This document shows, one piece after another, positions 7,136 to 12,827 of a stretch of DNA of 12,827 nt (positions are counted from its first letter, which is position 1; the number at the start of each line of letters is the position of its first letter). This stretch comes from Actinomycetota bacterium (GTDB lineage Bacteria > Actinomycetota > Actinomycetes > Actinomycetales > Kineosporiaceae), in NCBI GenBank assembly GCA_030837505.1, contig JAUPKJ010000022.1:1-12827 (forward strand), read 5' to 3'. The notes below the pieces were generated by a model. That model did not search any database, was not told the origin of the DNA, and was given only the letters and a program-made list of their open reading frames with translations. The position numbers were made by a program, and so were the translations under genes.

Positions 7136-7306
7136 ACCTGCTCACGCGCTATCAGCAGGCCCTACCCATCCGCCCGGGACATCGGCGACCGCGCTGGCGA
7201 AGCGGTCACCCGCTACAACATCACCATGATCCACCGAGACCAGGGCGACCTGGACCAGGCCGTCGCAGAACTCGAACAGGTCATCGAACTCGATCGCCAG
7301 GTCTAG
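7136..7306 (+). pseudogene. Frameshifted C-terminal remnant of a TPR-repeat protein
   Basis: Frame 2 reads ARDIGDRAGEAVTRYNITMIHRDQGDLDQAVAELEQVIELDRQV* (stop 7304-7306), a textbook actinobacterial TPR unit. The preceding half of the repeat (ALALTDDLLNLLTRYQQALPIR) is in frame 1, so a 1-nt indel lies near 7170-7178. There is no start codon and no upstream TPR body. Confidence 0.5.
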
Positions 7307-7414
7307 CACCCTGACCTGACAACCGACACCGCTGTATCCCTGTCTGCCGATAGGGCCTCACCGGCGTCGGCCTCGCACCGGCAGCAGCTATTGGCGGTCT
7401 GGGTTGCCGAGTTG

Positions 7415-7437
7415 CCCGGGGGGGAGATTCTCCCGGG
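7415..7437 (-). terminator. GC-rich hairpin immediately 3' of the epimerase stop codon (minus strand); candidate terminator of the sugar operon
   Basis: cccgggggggagattctcccggg: the self-complementary arms cccggg...cccggg plus inner ggga/tccc pairs abut the TAA stop (7438-7440, minus strand). No U-tract, which is common in actinobacteria. Confidence 0.3.
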
Positions 7438-8370
7438 TTACTCGGTGGTTTGGGTTGTGGTGTGGAGGAGGTTGGTGATGCCGGTGGTGAGGTCGGTGTG
7501 GGGGTGCCATCCGAGGAGGGTGGTGGCGCGGGTGATGTCGAGTTTCATGCGGGGGATGTCGCCGGGGCGGGTGGGGGTTTCTTGGGGTGGGGCGGTGGGG
7601 GTGAGGTGGGTGATGAGGGTGTGGAGGTCGCGGATGCTGGTTTCGGTGCCGCTGGCGATGTTGACGTGGCCGAGGGGTGGGGTGGTGCAGGCGGTGAGGA
7701 AGGCGTCGGTGACGTCGTTGATGTGGATGAAGTCGCGGGTGGTGTGGCCGTGGTTGTGCAGGACGGCGGGGGTGTTGGTGGTGGCGGCGGTGATGAAGCG
7801 GTCGATGACGGCGTGGGGTGTTCCGGTGCCGTAGACGTTGCCGAGGATCAGGGTGGTGACGGGGAGGTGGTGGTGGGTGGCGAACCAGTCGAGGTAGTGC
7901 ACGGCGCTGGCTTTGCTCAGCCCGTAGGGGCTGATCGGTGCCAGCGGGGTGTTTTCGGTGACGGGCAGGCGCTCGGGGACGCCGTAGATGGCGCAGGTGG
8001 CGGCGAAGAGGAGTCGGGCGCCGACGGTTGCGGTCGCTTCGGCGACGGCAATGGTGCCTTGGATGTTGACGTCGGCATCGTGGCGGGGGTGCGTCACGGA
8101 GGCGGGGACGTGGGTCTGAGCGGCGAGGTGGATGACCGTGTCGGGGTGGTGGGCGGCGATGACGTCGGTCAGGTGGGGGGAACGGATGTCGCAGCGCACG
8201 GTGGGGACGGCGTGCTGTCGGGGGGTGGCGGAGACACGGTCCAGGCACAGGACGTGGGCGGTGGTGGTGGCGAGGCGGTGCAGGAGGTGGGTGCCGATGG
8301 CGCCGTGGGCGCCGGTGACGACGATGCGGCGTCCGGCGAGCTGGGCGGCCCAGTGAGGGGTATCTGTCAT
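7438..8370 (-). CDS. NAD-dependent epimerase/dehydratase (extended SDR family, sugar epimerase-like)
   Basis: N-terminal Rossmann motif IVVTGAHGAIGTHL and catalytic YGLSKAS (YxxxK). The ATG at 8370 overlaps the upstream gene's TGA (ATGA). Confidence 0.9.
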   Translation of the reverse strand: MTDTPHWAAQLAGRRIVVTGAHGAIGTHLLHRLATTTAHVLCLDRVSATPRQHAVPTVRCDIRSPHLTDVIAAHHPDTVIHLAAQTHVPASVTHPRHDADVNIQGTIAVAEATATVGARLLFAATCAIYGVPERLPVTENTPLAPISPYGLSKASAVHYLDWFATHHHLPVTTLILGNVYGTGTPHAVIDRFITAATTNTPAVLHNHGHTTRDFIHINDVTDAFLTACTTPPLGHVNIASGTETSIRDLHTLITHLTPTAPPQETPTRPGDIPRMKLDITRATTLLGWHPHTDLTTGITNLLHTTTQTTE

Positions 8371-9020
8371 CGGTGGGGCTCGGTGAGGTGGGTGGTGTCG
8401 TTGTGTCGGATCAGTGCCCAGCGCAGTCCGTCGTGGGGGCGTAGCTGGGAGATGGGTTGTTGCTGCCAGGTGGTCAGCGCGGTGGGGGCGAGGGGGAACG
8501 CGATCGGCAGGGTGGGGGTGTCGCAGAACAGGTGGTGGGCGGCGGTGGCGGTTTCGCCGTGGGCGACGATCAGGATGCGGTGTCCGGTGTGCCGGTGGAG
8601 GAGGTCGCGCAGGACGGCATGGACGCGGTGTTGGTGGTGGTGCCAGGTTTCGGCGCCGTCGGCGATCGGCTGGTCGGGGTGGAGGGCGGGGGCTGCGCCG
8701 AAGGCGGTGATGACGTCGGCCCAGCGGGCGCCGTCAGCGGTGCCGTAGTCGGGTTCGCGGAGGTCGTCGATGACGGTGGCGGGGAGGCCGATTGTCGTGG
8801 AGATGATGGCGGCGGTTTGTCGGGCGCGGGGTAGTGGGGTGGTGTAGAGGGCGGTGATCGGGTGGTGGCGGTGGTCGGTGGCGAGCCGGTCCGCCAGTCG
8901 GGTTGCTTGTTGGTGGCCGGTGGGGGTGAGGCCGCGGCAGGTGGCCGGTCCGCCGATGGTCTGCTCGATGTTGCACCAGGCCTGGGCGTGCCGGGCGATG
9001 GTCAGGTGGGTGGGTCGCAT
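8367..9020 (-). CDS. Histidine phosphatase superfamily (phosphoglycerate mutase-like) protein, 217 aa
   Basis: MRPTHLTIARHAQAWCNIEQTIGGPATCRGLTPTGHQQATRLADRLA carries the RHG-type catalytic motif as RHAQA. HRILIVAHGETATAA is the second His region. The true start is ATG 9020; the ORF-track extension to 9890 is Arg/Pro-rich read-through. Confidence 0.8.
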   Translation of the reverse strand: MRPTHLTIARHAQAWCNIEQTIGGPATCRGLTPTGHQQATRLADRLATDHRHHPITALYTTPLPRARQTAAIISTTIGLPATVIDDLREPDYGTADGARWADVITAFGAAPALHPDQPIADGAETWHHHQHRVHAVLRDLLHRHTGHRILIVAHGETATAAHHLFCDTPTLPIAFPLAPTALTTWQQQPISQLRPHDGLRWALIRHNDTTHLTEPHR

Positions 9021-10162
9021 GTCGATGTCCTGGTGATCTGTTCGTAGAAGGCCAGGCAGGCGGCGGCGTGCGTGGCGGGGCTGAAGCGGGGTGCCCGGCG
9101 GCGCGCGGCGGCCTGGAGGCGGGCCCGGTGGGGTGGGTCGGTGGCGTAGCGGTCGAGGGCTGCCGCGAGGGCGTGGGGGTCGCCGGGCGGCACGGTGACT
9201 CCGGCGCTGGCGGCGAGTTCGGGCAGGTTCGCGACGTCGGTGGTGATGACTGGCCGGGCTGCGGCGAGGTAGTCGGCGATCGCTCCGGAGCCTTGGAAGG
9301 TGGGGTGTGGCCGGTAGGGGAACACGCCGAGGTGGCTGCGGGTGACGAGGGCGGCGCGGGTGGGCGGGTCGAGGTAGGTGGGGACGACGACCAGTTCGGT
9401 GGCGTGGCCGAGGCGTTGCGGGTGGCCGATGGCGGGGCGCAGGTCGACGCCGGTGTGTGAGGGGTCGTCCCACAAGGGTCCGGCGAGGACGATCCTCAGC
9501 CGGGTCTGGGTGTGTTCCAGGGCGGTGATCAGGTCGGGGGCGGATTTCCAGGGGGCGGCGTAGCCGTAGAGGCTGGCCACCGTGGTGCCGGGGCGAGGGT
9601 CGTCGAGCGCCGCGGTCAGTGCGGGTCCGGTGGCGGGGCGGGTGCCGGCTGCGATGGTGGTCGGCAGGGGCACGACGCGGTTGGGGCGTGTGGTGACGGC
9701 GGGTAGCCGGGTGGCCAGCGCGGTGCGGGCGTAGTGGCCGAAGTAGATGAGGGCGTCCGCGTCGGTGAGGGTGGCGTCGACCAGGGCCCGTAGGTGCGGG
9801 GTGGGGCGGTGCACGGTGAACAGGGTGGGGTCCAGGGCATGGACGTGCACCACCACCGGGGGGAGCTGATCGTGGTGGAGGTGTCGCCACCGGGCGAGGA
9901 GGAGTTGTTCGGTCTCCAGGTTGCCGAAGTGCAGGCTGATGACGTCGTAGCGGCCGGGGTCGATCCGGGTGGCGAGCTGGTCGGCAATGGCGGTGATCTC
10001 GGCGGCGGTGAGGAACCCGCCGCGGTGGGTGTCGTAGGGGACACCGGTCGAGCCGAGGCGGTCGAGGCTGACGCCGAGGTGGCGTAGTCCGGTGGCGAGG
10101 GTGTCGAGGTAGGGCGGCAGGCTGCCCTGGGGATGGTCCGGTCCGATCAGCAGTACTTTCAC
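9002..10162 (-). CDS. Glycosyltransferase family 1 (GT4-like), 386 aa
   Basis: Starts with VKVLLIGPDHP. C-terminal GT-B features RLRIVLAGP, LGVFPYRPHPTFQGSGAIADYLAAARPVITTDV. GTG 10162 overlaps the upstream TGA (GTGA, 10159-10162). Sequence upstream of 10162 in the ORF track is low-complexity read-through. Confidence 0.8.
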   Translation of the reverse strand: MKVLLIGPDHPQGSLPPYLDTLATGLRHLGVSLDRLGSTGVPYDTHRGGFLTAAEITAIADQLATRIDPGRYDVISLHFGNLETEQLLLARWRHLHHDQLPPVVVHVHALDPTLFTVHRPTPHLRALVDATLTDADALIYFGHYARTALATRLPAVTTRPNRVVPLPTTIAAGTRPATGPALTAALDDPRPGTTVASLYGYAAPWKSAPDLITALEHTQTRLRIVLAGPLWDDPSHTGVDLRPAIGHPQRLGHATELVVVPTYLDPPTRAALVTRSHLGVFPYRPHPTFQGSGAIADYLAAARPVITTDVANLPELAASAGVTVPPGDPHALAAALDRYATDPPHRARLQAAARRRAPRFSPATHAAACLAFYEQITRTSTCDPPT

Positions 10163-11292
10163 CGGGCCGCCTGCGGGAGGGTCATGGCCTGGTAGATGGC
10201 GCAGGTGGCGGTCGTGGTGGCGTCCCAGGTGCAGTGGGCGGGTAGGTGTCCGGTCAGGTGCGGGCGCTGGTTGAGGATCTGGTGGAGGTCGGTTTCGTCG
10301 GTCCAGAGAAGACCGCTGACCCCGGGGGTGATCAGTTCGCTGGTGACGGCGAGGTCGGTGGGGAGCAGGGCCGGGGTGCCGCAGGCGAGGGCCTCGGCGA
10401 TGGCCAGCCCGTACCCCTCCCACCGGGAGGTGGACAACAGGTACTCCGCCGCCCGGTACACCGCCGGGACGTCGGAGGTGTGCAGGTCCTGGCACAGCAG
10501 GACGTCGGCGGGCAGGTCGATCGGGTAGTGCACGTGGCCGTGGCCGAGCACGATGAGCAGGCGGGCGTGGTCGGGCAGGGCGGCGGCGATCCGGGTGAGC
10601 CGGTCGAAGCCCTTCATCTGGGTGGCCTTGCCGACCCACACCAGCCGGAGGAGGTCCTGGCTCGGGGTGAAGTAGGACGCCCAGGCCGGGTCGTGGCGGA
10701 CGACGTCGGCGAGTGGCTGGCGTGTGGTGACCGTGCCGGTCCGGTCGAGGTGGATCTGCCATCCGGTGGCGGGGCGGGTCGGGCCGGTCGGGGTGAAGCG
10801 TGTCCGGTCGACGCCGTGAGGGATCACGGTGGGGCGGGGGAGGCCGTAGGCGGTGGACAGGTCGTCCGCGGCGAAGGCGCTGACCGCGACGACGGCGTCG
10901 GCGAGGCGGCACAGGTGGGCCTCGTCGGCGGCCAGGGCGTGGGCTCCCATGGTGGCGGCGGACAGATCTCCCCGCACCAGGACCGGGACGTGGCTCGGTT
11001 GCTGGGCGTAGGTGAGGAGCTCGGCCTCCCAGGTGGAGCACTCGGCCACGTCCGGGGCGAGGCGTGCGATGGTCGCGGCGACCGCCGTCCGGTGGGCGGC
11101 CAGGTCGTCGGTGCGTGGCAGTGTCACCACCGTGATCTGGTCGCGGACCACCGGGTGCTCGGTGGCCTGGGTGACCAGGATGACCTCGTGTCCGGCTCGG
11201 GTGAGGTGCTCGGCCAGGGCGAGGTAGAGGGTGCAGATACCGCCGCGGGTGATCTGGTGCAGGTCCCGGTGGACGAGGGCTACTCGCATCAC
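10159..11292 (-). CDS. Glycosyltransferase family 1 (GT4-like), 376 aa (ATG at 11289 or GTG at 11292)
   Basis: MMRVALVHRD...GGI N-terminal GT-B domain. Canonical RWEGYGLAIAEALACGTPALL motif (EX7E region) and LIVLGHG. The start overlaps the kinase stop (TGATG, 11287-11291). Confidence 0.85.
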   Translation of the reverse strand: MMRVALVHRDLHQITRGGICTLYLALAEHLTRAGHEVILVTQATEHPVVRDQITVVTLPRTDDLAAHRTAVAATIARLAPDVAECSTWEAELLTYAQQPSHVPVLVRGDLSAATMGAHALAADEAHLCRLADAVVAVSAFAADDLSTAYGLPRPTVIPHGVDRTRFTPTGPTRPATGWQIHLDRTGTVTTRQPLADVVRHDPAWASYFTPSQDLLRLVWVGKATQMKGFDRLTRIAAALPDHARLLIVLGHGHVHYPIDLPADVLLCQDLHTSDVPAVYRAAEYLLSTSRWEGYGLAIAEALACGTPALLPTDLAVTSELITPGVSGLLWTDETDLHQILNQRPHLTGHLPAHCTWDATTTATCAIYQAMTLPQAAR

Positions 11293-12164
11293 AGCCGCCT
11301 GGCCAGGTCATGGACCCGGGCCTGGACGATGTCCCAGGTCGCCTGCAGGTAGGCCAGCCTGCTGGCGCGTAGGGGCCCGTCGGGCAGGTCGCGGTGGGTG
11401 CGTAGCTCTCGGACGCACACGGTGGCGGTGTTGACCCAGAACCCGGCCTGGTGCGGCAGGTCGTTCCCGGCGAGGTGTTCGGCGTCCCGGCGGGCGGCGG
11501 GCAGGTGTCCGAGCAGGATCCACAGCAGGGCGGCGTCCATGCCGGGCAGGAACAGGCCGGTGAACTCCCAGTCGAGCACGGCGGTGACGCCTCCCGCCTG
11601 GTGCAGCACGTTGGCGGGCAGCAGGTCGCCGTGAGCGGGCCGGTTCGGGGCGGCGATGCCGACGAGCGCGGTCAGGGCGGCCTCGTCGGCGGTGTCGAGC
11701 AGCCCGTAGACGGTGCGGTAGCGGTGGAAGCGGTGGGGGTAGTCCCACACGGTCGGGAACATCCCCTCCGGTGCGGACCAGTGGCCCAGGTCGCGGGCTG
11801 CCTGCAGCAGTGGTGCCGCGCCCGTGTCGTCCAGGTGTGTGGGGTACCGGACGGTGGCCACGGGGTCGCCGGGGAGCCGGGTCGTCACCAGGACCCCGGC
11901 GTCCGGGTCGGCGGCGAGCAGCCGGGGCGCGGGCACGGGGGGTGGCGTCACCGCGAACGCCCGGTAGGTCGCGATCTCGGCGGCGAACCTCGCCCGCCAG
12001 AACGGGTCGGTGGTCACCAGGACCTTGGCGACCACCGGGACGTCGTCCAGCGCCCCGGCGAGCAGGACCGTCTTGGCGCTGTGGTGCAGGACCGCGTCGG
12101 TGCGCAGGCCGGGACACACCGCCTTGGCCCGGTCGTCGACCTGGTGCGGGATCGTCGTACTCAT
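11289..12164 (-). CDS. Aminoglycoside-phosphotransferase-fold kinase (APH/choline-kinase family), 291 aa
   Basis: HGDLLPANVL (HGDxxxxN catalytic loop) and VLDWEFTG (D-W-E Mg-binding). Start is ATG 12164 (MSTTIPHQ). The ORF-track N-terminal extension is Arg/Pro/Gly-rich read-through. ATGA overlap with the upstream gene at 12161-12164. Confidence 0.8.
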   Translation of the reverse strand: MSTTIPHQVDDRAKAVCPGLRTDAVLHHSAKTVLLAGALDDVPVVAKVLVTTDPFWRARFAAEIATYRAFAVTPPPVPAPRLLAADPDAGVLVTTRLPGDPVATVRYPTHLDDTGAAPLLQAARDLGHWSAPEGMFPTVWDYPHRFHRYRTVYGLLDTADEAALTALVGIAAPNRPAHGDLLPANVLHQAGGVTAVLDWEFTGLFLPGMDAALLWILLGHLPAARRDAEHLAGNDLPHQAGFWVNTATVCVRELRTHRDLPDGPLRASRLAYLQATWDIVQARVHDLARRL

Positions 12165-12827
12165 CGCGGGGTCTCCGTCCGGGTGGTGGCAGTGCGGGGC
12201 CGGGGATCGGGGGCACGGTCCGCCGCGACGGCGGCGTCCAGAGCGGCCTCGGCGTCGGCCCGGTCCATCCCGGCGGTGATGGCGTCGGCGATGACCGGGA
12301 GGGCTTTCTCGTAGTAGAACGGGTCCACCGGCTGGCCGTGGAGGTGCCGGGCTCCGACGAGGTCGTACAGGTGGTGGGGCATCCACCGGGCCCGCCCCGC
12401 CCGGCTGCCCGGGTCGACGGGCCACCGCTGGTGCAGCCGCTGGTGTCCGACGGCGAACCGGCGGATCCCGGCCACCGTGGTCCCGGCGGCGCCGGTCATC
12501 GAGGCCACCGCCGGGATCCGGTGGTAGACCGTCGTGGCCGGGGCGAGATGCCGCATCCGCCACCCGTGGCCCCGGACCAGGCCGAGCCACATCGCCCAGT
12601 CCTCCTGGATCGCCCCTCGGGCGTCCACCATCGGATCCTCGGGGTCGAAGCGACGGGCCACGACCGAGATCACCGGGGTCAGGTTCGTCACCGCCAGCAG
12701 GTCGGCGTCGAACGGCACCGCGAACTGGTGTCGCGCCGCGACCGGCCGCCCCGGCTCTGCCAGGGTGTGCGCTACCAGGCACGTCGTGTACACGGCCTCG
12801 ACCCCGCCCCTGTTGAGCCCGTCCAAC
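12161..12827 (-). CDS. Partial CDS (C-terminal about 221 aa; N-terminus beyond window end): possible GT-A-fold (family 2-like) glycosyltransferase
   Basis: Non-low-complexity composition. EDW acidic motif and LHQRW resemble the GT2 QxxRW region. Stop 12161-12163 is coupled to the kinase start. The assignment is weak. Confidence 0.4.
   Translation of the reverse strand, partial: LDGLNRGGVEAVYTTCLVAHTLAEPGRPVAARHQFAVPFDADLLAVTNLTPVISVVARRFDPEDPMVDARGAIQEDWAMWLGLVRGHGWRMRHLAPATTVYHRIPAVASMTGAAGTTVAGIRRFAVGHQRLHQRWPVDPGSRAGRARWMPHHLYDLVGARHLHGQPVDPFYYEKALPVIADAITAGMDRADAEAALDAAVAADRAPDPRPRTATTRTETPR

Noticed and set aside
7388-8248. 286-aa minus-strand ORF, extremely Pro/Arg/His-rich
   Set aside because: Alternate frame of the epimerase gene with a homopolymeric-like composition. 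Not a real protein.
7450-8748. 432-aa plus-strand ORF (and similar long plus-strand ORFs 8414..8710, 8457..8834, 9068..9460, 10246..11352, 11451..12314)
   Set aside because: Gly/Val/Asp/Arg-rich, low-complexity translations lying antisense to well-supported minus-strand enzymes. These are typical stop-poor antisense frames of very high-GC genes.
9021-9890. Long N-terminal extensions in the ORF track for the phosphatase (to 9890), GT1 (to 11311) and kinase (to 12782) genes
   Set aside because: The extensions are Arg/Pro/Gly-rich read-through in frames lacking stops. Recognisable protein sequence and coupled start codons begin at 9020, 10162 and 12164 respectively.

Overview
This window comes from a high-GC actinobacterial-type genome and splits into two compositionally distinct parts. 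The left part (1 to about 7400) is noticeably less GC-rich and looks like accessory DNA. It contains a small hypothetical ORF. It also has an orphan tRNA 3'-end fragment (T-arm plus acceptor 3' strand) followed by a hairpin and a short tandem repeat, which is consistent with a displaced attachment-site remnant. Next is a decayed N-terminal fragment resembling the HD domain of a type I-E Cas3, with no other cas genes or CRISPR repeats, interrupted by a complete ISAzo13-family insertion sequence (inverted repeats and intact DDE transposase). The centrepiece is a tightly coupled three-gene plus-strand operon at 3258..7052. It encodes a soluble protein with two TIR domains and an uncharacterised C-terminal domain, a long flotillin/SPFH membrane protein with an internally duplicated N-terminal module, and a single-pass membrane-anchored TIR protein. 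A frameshifted TPR-repeat gene remnant follows it. I regard this TIR/flotillin/TM-TIR cassette as a candidate undescribed defence or abortive-infection system, Thoeris-like in having several TIR proteins but with an SPFH membrane scaffold instead of a known effector. The right part (about 7440 to the end) is a very GC-rich minus-strand operon of sugar-modifying enzymes: a partial GT-A-like glycosyltransferase, an APH-family kinase, two GT1/GT4 glycosyltransferases, a histidine phosphatase and an NAD-dependent epimerase. Every junction in it is a translationally coupled ATGA/GTGA overlap. The many long plus-strand ORFs over this part are antisense artefacts. Domain assignments are from motif recognition by eye only; no searches were run.
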